Shown piece by piece: positions 37,596-47,492 of a stretch of 64,000 nt of DNA. The translations under genes and the position numbers were made by a program. The stretch covers positions 6,243 to 70,242 of the forward strand of contig CAKOOQ010000001.1 of assembly GCA_934098555.1 (NCBI GenBank), written 5' to 3'. Position 1 is the first letter of the stretch. The number at the start of each line of letters is the position of its first letter. The stretch comes from an uncultured Bacilli bacterium. GTDB taxonomy: Bacteria; Bacillota_I; Bacilli_A; RF39; UBA660. The notes beneath the pieces are model-generated. The model was not told where the DNA came from. It made no database searches and saw only the letters and a list, made by a program, of their open reading frames with translations.

Positions 37596-38186
37596 CTATT
37601 GATATTTGTTCACTATTTTATTCATATAATACATTTTATGATCAAGTTCACGAATGTCTTTGGCATAACTTACCATTTCATTTTGAACTTCACTAGGAAT
37701 TTCTTCTTTAAACTTATACCTAATTTTATGGTCAAGACTCGCCCAGAAGTCCATGGCAACAGTTCGTACTTGTATTTCAGCTGGAATATATTCCACATAA
37801 TTTTCCAGATAAATAGGTACTAATAAGATTAAATGATAACTGGTATAACCCGATTCTTTAGGGTTTTCAATATAGTCTTTACGTTGTTTGATAATTAAGT
37901 TAGTAGAATGACTAATTAAAGAAACGATATCGTAAACATCCGACAAAAAGGAAACAACAATTCGAAACCCAATAACATCCATAATGTGTTTTTCAATGTT
38001 TTCTTTCGAGTAACTATATCCTTTTTTTTCTAATTTTTTTTGAATACTAGGCAGGGTTTTTAATCTTGTTTTAATATGTTCAACAGGTGTATAGCCATGT
38101 CTTCTTTCAAAAGAATCAATCAATATATTTAGTTCTGTTTCCAACATTTTTTGAGCATATTCATATTTTGTATAAAAATTATTCAT
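37596..38186 (-). CDS. Small alarmone synthetase (RelQ/RelP-type GTP pyrophosphokinase)
   Basis: The 196-aa length and the block MDVIGFRIVV...GYTSYHLIL, which is the (p)ppGpp synthetase core of RelA_SpoT domains, support this call. Confidence 0.7.
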   Translation of the reverse strand: MNNFYTKYEYAQKMLETELNILIDSFERRHGYTPVEHIKTRLKTLPSIQKKLEKKGYSYSKENIEKHIMDVIGFRIVVSFLSDVYDIVSLISHSTNLIIKQRKDYIENPKESGYTSYHLILLVPIYLENYVEYIPAEIQVRTVAMDFWASLDHKIRYKFKEEIPSEVQNEMVSYAKDIRELDHKMYYMNKIVNKYQ

Positions 38187-38323
38187 TAATATTTACTCCT
38201 CCTTTAAGAGTAAGGCAAAAAAAGTGCTATAAAATCTAACACTTCTTTGTTTGCATATTATACAAAATTTTTCTCTAGACTGCAATGTAATTATTTTAGA
38301 TGCACTCTTTTTTTCTGTATAAA

Positions 38324-38725
38324 TTAGTTTGATTCCTCTAATTTAGCTAAAACAGCTTTTGTCGTTTCAATAGCTTTTTGTCTTACCGCATTAGCCGCCT
38401 CTGTTAAAACGGGTTCTCCTTTGTCTTTAACATAGTTAACTAAATCTTTAGCACTTTTTTCAATTTCTTTTGATTTTTTCTTTGCCAAAGCGAGAACTTT
38501 TTCTTTATCTAAATCTTTTAAAGCCACTTCTATTTCATCTGTTTTGGTAACAACGTATTCTTTAACGTCATCCATATCAATGTTCCGAGCTTTATTAACA
38601 AGTTCCTCCATTTTTGCTTTTAAATCGGCTCTTGTTTCTTCTCCTTTTTTAGGAGCAAACAAAATTCCTAAACCGGCTCCTACGGCTGCTCCGCCTAATA
38701 AAGCGGCTACTGTTTTTTTCTTCAT
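38324..38725 (-). CDS. YtxH-domain general stress protein
   Basis: The N-terminal Gly/Ala-rich TM-like segment MKKKTVAALLGGAAVGAGLGILFAPKKGEETRADLK is followed by a coiled coil. Confidence 0.55.
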   Translation of the reverse strand: MKKKTVAALLGGAAVGAGLGILFAPKKGEETRADLKAKMEELVNKARNIDMDDVKEYVVTKTDEIEVALKDLDKEKVLALAKKKSKEIEKSAKDLVNYVKDKGEPVLTEAANAVRQKAIETTKAVLAKLEESN

Positions 38726-38913
38726 TTTTCATTCCTCCGATAGTACTATTATATCCATTTTATTTTTCTTTTTGTATATTTTTTTTAAGATGTGTCAAGT
38801 ATTAGTCAATGAATAAAGCTTTATCCAACAGATACTTTATCTTTGTCTTTTTATTTTTATTTACAAAGGAAAAGAAATCTCGATATAATGTTCTTATTGA
38901 AAGGATGTTTTAG

Positions 38914-39603
38914 ATGTTGTTATTATTTTGTCGTTATGTTTTACTTTTTTTCATCTACTCGTTTTTAGGATGGTGCCTTGAAGTTGCCTGTAAGCTTGTT
39001 TCCGACCATAAATTTGTTAACCGCGGTTTTTTAATCGGTCCTTATTGTCCAATCTATGGTCATGGAGCCTTAATTATGACGGTTTTATTAAATCGTTATT
39101 TAAATGATCCTGTTACCTTATTTATTATGATTATTCTTTGCTGCTCTTTACTCGAATATTTCACCAGTTATTTTTTGGAAAAAATCTTTCATACACGTTG
39201 GTGGGATTACTCAGGATACCGGTTTAATATTAATGGCCGTATTTGTCTTGAAACGATGGTACCTTTTGGGTTATTTGGTCTATTTATCATGTATGTTACC
39301 AATCCCTTCTTTTTAGGGCTCATAAATAAAATCAGTACTCCACTTTTAATCTCGCTTACCGTTATCTTCCTTATTGTTTATTTCATTGATAATATTATCT
39401 CCTTTAAAATTATTAAAAATATTCAACATGTAGGCGAAGACATTCAAAAAAGACAACTTATTAAAAAAGACGATACCGAAAGAATTACGCATTTAGTAAA
39501 AAAGCAAGTAGAAAATTCTATGAAAACATTTGAAAAAAGAATTGTACATGCCTTCCCTCATTTACAAGTTTTGAAAACAAAAGTTAAAAAAAGAAGAAAA
39601 TAA
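38914..39603 (+). CDS. Putative ABC-transporter type IV / DUF1113 (CmpB-like) membrane protein
   Basis: The motifs GPYCPIYGHGAL and HTRWWDYSGYRFN are present. Confidence 0.45.
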   Translation: MLLLFCRYVLLFFIYSFLGWCLEVACKLVSDHKFVNRGFLIGPYCPIYGHGALIMTVLLNRYLNDPVTLFIMIILCCSLLEYFTSYFLEKIFHTRWWDYSGYRFNINGRICLETMVPFGLFGLFIMYVTNPFFLGLINKISTPLLISLTVIFLIVYFIDNIISFKIIKNIQHVGEDIQKRQLIKKDDTERITHLVKKQVENSMKTFEKRIVHAFPHLQVLKTKVKKRRK

Positions 39604-39641
39604 CTCTACTTCTTCTTTTTTTTAGTATAATAATTAAAAGG

Positions 39642-40097
39642 ATGTGCCATATGAAACTCGATAATTTTGTTTTAGAAAGCTATAATAATTTACCAGAACA
39701 CCAAAAGGTCATTGATAGTTTGATGAAAAGTGATGTTCACTCATATTTAGGAAATATTTACTATATGATTCAAAATATTTATAAAAGAAAAGAAGAGTAC
39801 CCTCTTACCTTAAATGAATTTTACATTGCATACTATAATGATTACCCCGTAGGAATCGTTTCTATCACCTATATGAATGAAAGAGAGGAAATGAGTTGTG
39901 GAATTTTACCACAGTTTGAACACCAACATTTAGGTTCTCTGTTGCTTTTAGAATTCACCGAAAAAATCTTTGCTTTAAATCCTTCACTCGATTCTTTATA
40001 TAGTGTAATTGATAAAAAAAACATCGCGAGCCAAAGAATGGTTTTAAATACGGGTGGTCATAAAGAAAACGAGACAACCTTTATGCATCATCGTTAA
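39642..40097 (+). CDS. Putative GNAT-family acetyltransferase
   Basis: At 151 aa the size fits. The block DYPVGIVSI...GILPQFEHQHLGSLLL resembles the acetyl-CoA-binding core. Confidence 0.3.
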   Translation: MCHMKLDNFVLESYNNLPEHQKVIDSLMKSDVHSYLGNIYYMIQNIYKRKEEYPLTLNEFYIAYYNDYPVGIVSITYMNEREEMSCGILPQFEHQHLGSLLLLEFTEKIFALNPSLDSLYSVIDKKNIASQRMVLNTGGHKENETTFMHHR

Positions 40098-40099
40098 AA

Positions 40100-41122
40100 T
40101 TATTTTATGTTCTTCATTTCTTCTTTTAAAATATCAGAAATCGTTTTCCTATAGCCTTCATGGCTATTTTTTAATTTGTAAAATTGTAAAATACCATAAC
40201 CAGGATATTCGTTTCCTTCTACCATAACAGGTCCTTTGTCGGTAAAGGCAATATCCCAGCCAATATAACGTACTTGTGGTAACTTTTTCGCGGCTTTTTG
40301 ACACATATCAAAAGCTTCTTTAACACCCGAAATTTTTACTTCTCTAAATTTTTTATGGGTAAGCGGATGTTCTTCGTAAATATGGCCATAATCATCGATA
40401 ACATTAGAATCAATCTTTCCTTTTTCGTTTAGGCTAAAATATAAATCATTCGTGCAGCCAATAATTTCACTTTCGTCTTGATTAATTCGAAAAGCATTAC
40501 CTACTAAATACACCTTACCCTCTTTATATAACGTGCAAACTCTTAAAGAACAAACTACATTCGGATTAATTTCATTTACTTCTTTACTTTGAACGATTTC
40601 TTCTTCCAAAAGATATTGTTTTTGTTTTAATAATTTTTCATATAAATTTTTTAAGTTTTTTTCTTTAGCTACTATAATTTTTGTAATACCATGTCCCCCA
40701 AAACCAACGGGATCTTTGGCAAAGACAACCGCGTGTTTTTCTAAAAACTTTTCAAAGTCTTCAAAAGAAGTTTCTCTTAAATCGATAAATGCTCTTTTTA
40801 AATAATCTTTAAAAAGTGTATTAAATAAAATCTTATCATGTAAAATAATCTCGTATTTTTCATCGTTTAAGTAAGAAATTAATTTATAGAAAGACTTCGT
40901 CGTAACAAATGTTTTCTTTTCTTCTTTGGTTAAGTTGTAATAATCCCCTCGAAAGTAATCGGTATACCCCACTCCTCTTGTGAGAATATTATAATACATA
41001 TCCATTTTAATTTTAAATTTTGAAGTATGGTTATCATTCGCCATTATCTCTAGCATTTTATTAAGTCGTGCTTTATTGGTTCCTTTTCTTTTGTTTATTA
41101 ACCATTTATAAACTGAGGTCAT
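40100..41122 (-). CDS. ATP-grasp ligase (sugar-transfer-associated ATP-grasp / alpha-L-glutamate-ligase-related type)
   Basis: GFGGHGITKIIV is a P-loop-like motif. The C-terminal block YIGWDIAFTDKGPVMVEGNEYPG is typical of ATP-grasp catalytic loops. Confidence 0.5.
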   Translation of the reverse strand: MTSVYKWLINKRKGTNKARLNKMLEIMANDNHTSKFKIKMDMYYNILTRGVGYTDYFRGDYYNLTKEEKKTFVTTKSFYKLISYLNDEKYEIILHDKILFNTLFKDYLKRAFIDLRETSFEDFEKFLEKHAVVFAKDPVGFGGHGITKIIVAKEKNLKNLYEKLLKQKQYLLEEEIVQSKEVNEINPNVVCSLRVCTLYKEGKVYLVGNAFRINQDESEIIGCTNDLYFSLNEKGKIDSNVIDDYGHIYEEHPLTHKKFREVKISGVKEAFDMCQKAAKKLPQVRYIGWDIAFTDKGPVMVEGNEYPGYGILQFYKLKNSHEGYRKTISDILKEEMKNIK

Positions 41123-41136
41123 AAAATCATCCTTTC

Positions 41137-42282
41137 TTATTTGTACACTCTTTGATTTTGATTTCCTATTTCGATTAAAGCTTCAGCAATGCCCGTATTT
41201 TTATCACGTGCTACTTGACCAATTGTTATACCCTCTCCCAAAAGAATGACATCATCCGTTGGTTTTATCGCTTCATCTACTTGAACCATCATCATATTCA
41301 TACTCACTTCGCCTACGACAGAGTAAAATTTGTTTTGAATCATTACCCTTTTTGGACATACGCCATTGGCATAGCCCACAGGCAAAACAGCAATATACAT
41401 ATCTTTTTTGGCTTTATATGTCGCACCATAACCAAGATAACTACCCTTTTTTATTTTTTTAATTTGAATACTATGGGTAATAAAGCGCATCGCTGGTTTT
41501 AAATCTAAAAAGACGTTAAGGGTTGTGGGACTTAGATGCCATATTTTTTTTAAAAAAGCGTTTCTTATATATCTTAAATAATTTTTTAAGCCTTTTTTAC
41601 TTTCTACAGGGCATATATTATAGCCATAAAGTAAAATACCCACGCGAAAAGCATTAACAAAAGAAGGCTTTTCATGGATAAGCAAATTTACACTGGAAAA
41701 AATATGCACCATAGGAATTTCTTTTAAATCGATTAAGCTTGTTATTTTCTTAAAAGAGGCCATTTGTTCATCATAATGTTTGTCAAAAATGCCTGTGGTA
41801 GCTAAATGGGTGTAAATTCCCTCAAGCTCTAAATAAGCTGTGCTTTTAATCAAATTGTAAGCGGTAAAAACATCTTCTTCGTTTTGAAATCCCAATCTTC
41901 CCATACCTGAATCAATCTGTAAATGAAGCTTTACAGGCTCTGATATTTTTAAAGAAATCAGATTAACTAAATAATCATAACTAGGTATCGATAAAGTAAT
42001 ATGATTTTTAATAGCTAAGGAAAGCTCTTCTTTAAAGACAGGTTGTAAACACAAAATAGGAATTGTTTCATGATATTTTCTAATTTCTAAAGCTTCACTT
42101 AAATAAGATACAGCAATATAATCAGCTCCCCCTGAAACAACGCTTTGAATAATCTCCGCGCCATGACCATAACTTTGCGTTTTTAAAACCGCAATCATAT
42201 AATCATAATTGGCATAAGTTTTTTTGATTTCTTTTACATTATGTAAGATACGTTCGGTATCCACTTCTACATACGATTTCAC
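41137..42282 (-). CDS. alr: Alanine racemase
   Basis: The PLP-lysine motif AVLKTQSYGHGAEI matches AVVKANAYGHG. A C-terminal beta-domain is present, and 381 aa is the expected size. Confidence 0.75.
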   Translation of the reverse strand: MKSYVEVDTERILHNVKEIKKTYANYDYMIAVLKTQSYGHGAEIIQSVVSGGADYIAVSYLSEALEIRKYHETIPILCLQPVFKEELSLAIKNHITLSIPSYDYLVNLISLKISEPVKLHLQIDSGMGRLGFQNEEDVFTAYNLIKSTAYLELEGIYTHLATTGIFDKHYDEQMASFKKITSLIDLKEIPMVHIFSSVNLLIHEKPSFVNAFRVGILLYGYNICPVESKKGLKNYLRYIRNAFLKKIWHLSPTTLNVFLDLKPAMRFITHSIQIKKIKKGSYLGYGATYKAKKDMYIAVLPVGYANGVCPKRVMIQNKFYSVVGEVSMNMMMVQVDEAIKPTDDVILLGEGITIGQVARDKNTGIAEALIEIGNQNQRVYK

Positions 42283-42291
42283 AGTAACCTC

Positions 42292-42552
42292 CTATTTATG
42301 TGTTTCATGATAATAACTGTAATCGGCCAGTTCTCTTGCTACGTTTTCCAGCTCATCATAATCTTCATCCATATCAATCTCGGATAAATAAAAAAGTAAA
42401 TCTTTATTACTTTTCACATTTTGATAAGGAATGTGATATTCTTCTAAAACTTCTTTTTGATAATTCGTTAAATATAAATTATCTTTAATATGAATTAAAG
42501 TATTTTTATGAACTACATCTTTAAAATCTTCTTCTTTCATCTTTAACACCAC
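42292..42552 (-). CDS. Small acidic hypothetical protein (86 aa), first gene of the alr/ATP-grasp operon
   Basis: The ORF is followed 9 nt later by alr on the same strand. Confidence rests on context alone. Confidence 0.3.
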   Translation of the reverse strand: MVLKMKEEDFKDVVHKNTLIHIKDNLYLTNYQKEVLEEYHIPYQNVKSNKDLLFYLSEIDMDEDYDELENVARELADYSYYHETHK

Positions 42553-42600
42553 CTTTATCTTATCATATTTTCCCCCTTTTGGGATATATTATAATGTAAG

Positions 42601-43065
42601 GTGAGAACGATGAAAGATAAATTAAAACATTTGGGGCAAATTTTTTTGCCTTTGGCTATCGGTGGGATGGCAAGTTTATTTATTAAAAACAACATTATGG
42701 ATTATGAAAATCTAAACAAGCCTTTTTTAGCGCCACCTAAAATTTTGTTTCCTATCGTTTGGACGTTTTTATATCTTTTAATTGGCTTTCTTTATTATAA
42801 AAATAGACAAGTCAGTGAAAATAAGGAAACAGCTTATCTTTATTACCTTGGTTTATTTTTGAACTTTATCTGGCCCATTATTTTCTTTTCTTTTAAACTT
42901 TATTTACTGGCTGTCTTTGTCATTTGTCTTTTAACAGGATTTACGTATTTACTTTTTTTAAACTATAAAAAAGAAAGTCCCCAGACAGGTAACTTCCTTA
43001 TTCTTTATTTCCTTTGGCTTTTATTTGCTACTTATTTAAATATAAGTATCTACTTACTTAACTAA
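42601..43065 (+). CDS. tspO: TspO/MBR tryptophan-rich sensory protein
   Basis: The protein has five TM helices and the motif PPKILFPIVWTFLYLLIGFLYY. Confidence 0.65.
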   Translation: MRTMKDKLKHLGQIFLPLAIGGMASLFIKNNIMDYENLNKPFLAPPKILFPIVWTFLYLLIGFLYYKNRQVSENKETAYLYYLGLFLNFIWPIIFFSFKLYLLAVFVICLLTGFTYLLFLNYKKESPQTGNFLILYFLWLLFATYLNISIYLLN

Positions 43066-46000
43066 TCTTTATTCTCATAAGCCAGTAAATTACGGATATC
43101 TTTTTCTGATAAACTCTTTAAGTACGTATTATCATCCATATCCTCTTCTATCATTTTATCCGATAGAAGTTTTTTCTTTTCTTGTAAACTCAATATTTTT
43201 TCTTCAATCGTTCCTTTACAAATGAATTTAATAACTTCGACACTCTTAGTTTGCCCAATCCGGTGAGTTCTATCTGTCGCCTGATTTTCAGCCTGAGGAT
43301 TCCACCATAAATCAAGATGAATCACAACATCGGCACTGGTTAAATTAAGACCCGTTCCCCCACTTTTAAGCATTATCAAAAAGACATTGGTTTTATCTTT
43401 ATTAAAGGCATCTACTAAAAGTTGTCTTTTTTTACTTGGTACTTCTCCATCAATGACATACGTTGTGATACCTTCTTTATTTAAAGTATCTTTCACAAGG
43501 TATAAAGCCGTTTTAAAACTGGTAAATAATAAGATTTTATGCCCATTTGAAACCAATTCTTTAATTGTTTCAACTAAAGCTTCTATTTTAGCACTGCCAT
43601 CTTTATAATTTTCATCATAAATAGAAGGGTCAATACAAATTTGTCTTAAACGCGTAAGAAGGGCTAAAATAATCATTTTATTTTTGATGAAACCACCTTG
43701 ATTAACGAGTTTATCCATTTCATCATTAACTCTTTTTACCTCAGCAGCATAATATTTTTTCTGCATTTCATTTAAATCAATAAAAATGTTATTTTCAATC
43801 TTATCCGGTAAATCTTTAATAACATCTTTTTTCTTTCTTCTTAAAATAAAAGGTTTAACTTGAGCTTTTAAGTTTTTTAACAATTTATTTGTATCTTCAT
43901 CAAAATCCTTAATGTGATACTTTTGCTGAAATTTAACTAAATTAGAAAGAAAACCGGGCATAATAAAGTCAAAAATACTCCATAACTCTACGATAGTATT
44001 TTCAATAGGTGTTCCCGTTAAAGCCATTTTTGTCTCTGCTGTAATACTTTTAACAGCTTTCGTTAAACCTGTTTTAGGATTTTTAATATTTTGGGCTTCA
44101 TCAATTACGAACACTCTAAAAGACTTGGTTTCGTAAATATCTAAGTCTTCTCTTAATAAGCCGTAAGATGTAATGTAAATATTACCAGCGTAATTTTGTA
44201 AAAGCTCTCTTCTGTCGTTACGATTACCCGAGAAAACTTGAAAAGATAAATCCGGAGCAAATTTATTAAATTCATTATTCCAGTTATAAACAAGTGAGGT
44301 CGGACAAACAATTAAAAATTTATTATCTTTGTTTTCTTCATACATTTTTTTAATAAACATAATCGTTTGTAAAGACTTACCAAGCCCCATTTCATCAGCC
44401 AAGATTCCTCCAAAGCCACATTTACAAATCATTGACAACCATTTAACACCACTTACTTGATAATCACGTAAAGTTTCTAACTCTTCGTTTGTAAAAGAAA
44501 CTTCAAAGTCTTTAAAATCTTTAAACTGTTTAATAAAGTTTTGAAACATAGAATCGGTTTCTATAATACCATATTTCTTTTCTTTTAAAGAATCTAAATA
44601 AAGAGCTCGATACTTGGGAATGGTTCCACTTTCCATTTCCTCTTCTGTTAATTCCAAATCATCGGTTAAAGATTTTAATTCTTGTAAGCCTTCTTGTTCC
44701 AAAGATAAGATATCGCCATTTTGTAAGCGATAATATTTTTTCTTGTTTTTCATCGAAGCCAAAATAGCGTCTAACTCATCATTATTAATATCCCCTAAAT
44801 CGAAATCAAAGTGAAGAATTTGATCTTTACCAATACTGAAATGAGTGGCTACCGAACTATTCTTTAAAAGATTCGTATTTTGAAGTTTTTCAGAAGTATA
44901 AACATTATATTTACTAGAAAGTTCATCTAAACCCGTATCCATAAATTCACACATCAAGTCAAAATCATCTAATAAAAATAAATGATTGAGTTTATGAAAA
45001 CCATAGTTTTCTAATACAGATACGGTTTCATTTTCGTATTCGATATCTCGAATAATGTTGGCAACATCATCAAAATAAGAAATTTCTTCATTATTATAAA
45101 TAAACTTAGGAATACAATTAATATCATTTTCATTTAAGTCAAAGTAAAATTTAACCTCAGGTTTTTCTTCCATCACAATATCTTTAACTGATTTATCAAG
45201 TTCTAAGTTTGTTTTAATAGCTCTTAAAACGCTTTTTTGAAAACTAGGAAAATCCTTCTCATCAAAAACAAGCATATTCATATTACTTTCTAAAAGCTCT
45301 TTTAGAAGTAAACGTTGCTTTTTGTCTAAGCAATAAATATCCCCACCTTCTTGCCAAACATATTCCCCATCAGCAGTTAAAAGAGCTGTTTTTTCTTTCA
45401 TATTTAATTTTAATGTATATTCATGATTTTTCTTAGATAAATTAGATTTAAAAGGAAAACCATTTACAATGGATGAGGCAAAGTTATTTTCGTTTAAATA
45501 AATACCCTCAGGATAAATCGAAAAAAGTTCTTTGATATTTTCACTATCTAAACGAATGCCGTTACTATAGTAATAACGAGACTTTAAATTATTAATATAC
45601 TCAATAAAATGAAGAGATTGATTACTAAAATAATGTTTTTCAGGGTCATACTCAAAATTGGTACCAAAACGATATTTATATTCATACTTCAAAGCTTGAT
45701 AAAAACTACTGAACTTACTTAGTAAGGCGTATTTTTTTTCTTGACCAATTTTAGCCTTAAGGTTCATTGTTATACCATATCTCGAAAATTCTATACAAAG
45801 ATTTGGAATAACAAAAACCTCTTCTTTTCTTGTTACCGGTTCTGCGTATTCCTTTTCAATAATTTGAAACAGACGAGCCGTTTTTTGTTGCACACTTTTA
45901 TCGTTTTTAGAAGATAATAAGGTATCGGAATAGCAAATTAAACAAGCCGCGACATGTTTACAAGAAGTCGTCGTGATAAACTGAGGACATGTACAATATG

Positions 46001-46205
46001 TTTTTTGGATATTTTTATTTCTATCCGTATCTATTTGAACCACGTATTTACGGTAACTAGACTCGGACTCTACTAAAAACTGTGATTTAATATTTACAGA
46101 ACCGGTTGTACTCACATATTCAATATAATCTTCATTATAATTTAAGCCTTTATTATAATCAGAATTATTAACCCATTCCAAAATTTTTCTTTTTACTTCA
46201 TCCAT
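43062..46205 (-). CDS. SNF2-family DEAD/H helicase with an N-terminal SWIM zinc finger
   Basis: CTCPQFITTTSCKHVAACL is a SWIM finger. LADEMGLGKSLQ is SNF2 motif I, DEAQNIKN is motif II, and the C-terminal helicase domain includes QATDRTHRIGQ (motif VI). Confidence 0.75.
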   Translation of the reverse strand: MDEVKRKILEWVNNSDYNKGLNYNEDYIEYVSTTGSVNIKSQFLVESESSYRKYVVQIDTDRNKNIQKTYCTCPQFITTTSCKHVAACLICYSDTLLSSKNDKSVQQKTARLFQIIEKEYAEPVTRKEEVFVIPNLCIEFSRYGITMNLKAKIGQEKKYALLSKFSSFYQALKYEYKYRFGTNFEYDPEKHYFSNQSLHFIEYINNLKSRYYYSNGIRLDSENIKELFSIYPEGIYLNENNFASSIVNGFPFKSNLSKKNHEYTLKLNMKEKTALLTADGEYVWQEGGDIYCLDKKQRLLLKELLESNMNMLVFDEKDFPSFQKSVLRAIKTNLELDKSVKDIVMEEKPEVKFYFDLNENDINCIPKFIYNNEEISYFDDVANIIRDIEYENETVSVLENYGFHKLNHLFLLDDFDLMCEFMDTGLDELSSKYNVYTSEKLQNTNLLKNSSVATHFSIGKDQILHFDFDLGDINNDELDAILASMKNKKKYYRLQNGDILSLEQEGLQELKSLTDDLELTEEEMESGTIPKYRALYLDSLKEKKYGIIETDSMFQNFIKQFKDFKDFEVSFTNEELETLRDYQVSGVKWLSMICKCGFGGILADEMGLGKSLQTIMFIKKMYEENKDNKFLIVCPTSLVYNWNNEFNKFAPDLSFQVFSGNRNDRRELLQNYAGNIYITSYGLLREDLDIYETKSFRVFVIDEAQNIKNPKTGLTKAVKSITAETKMALTGTPIENTIVELWSIFDFIMPGFLSNLVKFQQKYHIKDFDEDTNKLLKNLKAQVKPFILRRKKKDVIKDLPDKIENNIFIDLNEMQKKYYAAEVKRVNDEMDKLVNQGGFIKNKMIILALLTRLRQICIDPSIYDENYKDGSAKIEALVETIKELVSNGHKILLFTSFKTALYLVKDTLNKEGITTYVIDGEVPSKKRQLLVDAFNKDKTNVFLIMLKSGGTGLNLTSADVVIHLDLWWNPQAENQATDRTHRIGQTKSVEVIKFICKGTIEEKILSLQEKKKLLSDKMIEEDMDDNTYLKSLSEKDIRNLLAYENKD

Positions 46206-46276
46206 AATGATTACCTCCTAAATAGGGCACTAATCTTATTGTAGCATAATGTATTACAGAAACAAAGAAAAAGGAC

Positions 46277-46302
46277 AAAAAAAAAATCAACCCTAAGGTT
46301 GA
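46277..46302 (-). terminator. Rho-independent terminator of the tRNA operon
   Basis: On the minus strand the hairpin TCAACC-tta-GGGTTGA is followed by T10. Confidence 0.45.
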
Positions 46303-46318
46303 ACTATTTTTCTTTAAA

Positions 46319-46394
<76 letters not shown>

Positions 46395-46398
46395 AAGA

Positions 46399-46475
46399 TG
46401 GCGGTTCGTACGGGATTCGAACCCGTGGTCTTCTGCGTGACAGGCAGACGTCATAGGCCTCTAGACTAACGAACC
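46399..46475 (-). tRNA. tRNA-Asp (GTC), CCA encoded
   Basis: The sequence GGTTCGTTAGTCTAGAGGCCTATGACGTCTGCCTGTCACGCAGAAGACCACGGGTTCGAATCCCGTACGAACCGCCA has a GTC anticodon. Confidence 0.85.
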
Positions 46476-46476
46476 A

Positions 46477-46553
<77 letters not shown>

Positions 46554-46564
46554 ATAAATAAAAA

Positions 46565-46657
46565 TGGCGGAGGAAAAGGGATTCGAACCCCTGCGCCGCT
46601 CTCGCGACCTCTCGGTTTTCAAGACCGATCCCTTCAACCGGACTTGGGTATTCCTCC
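46565..46657 (-). tRNA. tRNA-Ser (TGA), long variable arm, CCA encoded
   Basis: The sequence GGAGGAATACCCAAGTCCGG...GTCTTGAAAAC...GGTTCGAATCCCTTTTCCTCCGCCA is 93 nt long. Confidence 0.85.
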
Positions 46658-46665
46658 ATAAATAT

Positions 46666-46754
46666 TGGTGCCCGAGGCCGGACTTGAACCGGCACGGGTT
46701 TTAACACCCGCAGGATTTTAAGTCCTGTGCGTCTACCTATTCCGCCACTCGGGC
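46666..46754 (-). tRNA. tRNA-Leu (TAA), long variable arm, CCA encoded
   Basis: The sequence GCCCGAGTGGCGGAATAGGTAGACGCACAGGACTTAAAATCCTG...GGTTCAAGTCCGGCCTCGGGCACCA has a TAA anticodon. Confidence 0.85.
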
Positions 46755-46784
46755 AGGCACTGTCTTAACTAATAAGACTACTAC

Positions 46785-46813
46785 ATTATAATATTAAAAT
46801 TTTGAATTGGCAA
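46785..46813 (-). promoter_or_regulatory. Sigma-A-type promoter of the tRNA operon (TTGCCA, 17-nt spacer, TATAAT)
   Basis: The minus strand reads ttgcca attcaaaattttaatat tataat. It ends about 30 nt upstream of the tRNA-Leu 5' end. Confidence 0.45.
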
Positions 46814-46820
46814 GTCTTTT

Positions 46821-47165
46821 TTAATTTTTTTCTTTCATTTGCTCTAATTTCTCTTCCATCCAAATCGGTAATTGCTTTTTTAAAGGCATAAACCCATGAT
46901 CAATGCCTACATCTTTAAGATTACCATAAGCCGTATTCTTAATTGAACACTTTATTTTTTTATGTTCCTCATCCACTTCTAAAATACGACAACACACTTC
47001 CTCACCTAAAACTCCATAATCGTGGACGTCTTTTACAAAATAATTACTTAGCTCAGAAATATGGATAAGACCCGTATAATTATCTTTAAAATTCAAAAAA
47101 ATACCATAATTTTCAAAACCACTAATCGTTCCTTTTATTAATTCGTCTTTTTGATAAATTGTCAT
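46821..47165 (-). CDS. S1 RNA-binding domain protein (general stress protein 13 / CvfD-like)
   Basis: GTISGFENYGIFLNF...GLIHISELS...EEVCCRILEVDEEHKKIKCSIK is an S1 fold pattern. Confidence 0.6.
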   Translation of the reverse strand: MTIYQKDELIKGTISGFENYGIFLNFKDNYTGLIHISELSNYFVKDVHDYGVLGEEVCCRILEVDEEHKKIKCSIKNTAYGNLKDVGIDHGFMPLKKQLPIWMEEKLEQMKEKN

Positions 47166-47234
47166 TTCTCCTCCGCCCTTTAATTATAACCAATTTTCCT
47201 TTACTTGTTAAGTTAAAAATTTTATAATGAATAA

Positions 47235-47492
47235 ATGAAAGGACGAAAGAAAATGGAAAATAATGATAAAATTGCCCAAATCAAAGAACTTTTAGAAGAC
47301 ATCCGACCCTTTTTAAATATGGAAGGTGGAGACGTTGAATTTATTAAATATGAAGACGATTATTTATATGTAAAACTAACTGGTGCTTGTGCCATGTGTG
47401 GTTACCAAGATGTTACTTTAAAAGATAATATTTTAGCTTATATACAAGAAGATGTGAAAGATATTAAAGGAATTATAAACGTCGAATTATAA
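47235..47492 (+). CDS. NifU/Nfu C-terminal domain Fe-S cluster scaffold protein (YutI-like)
   Basis: IRPFLNMEGGDVEFIKYEDDYLYVKLTGACAMCGYQDVTLKDNI contains the CxxC of the Nfu domain. Confidence 0.65.
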   Translation: MKGRKKMENNDKIAQIKELLEDIRPFLNMEGGDVEFIKYEDDYLYVKLTGACAMCGYQDVTLKDNILAYIQEDVKDIKGIINVEL

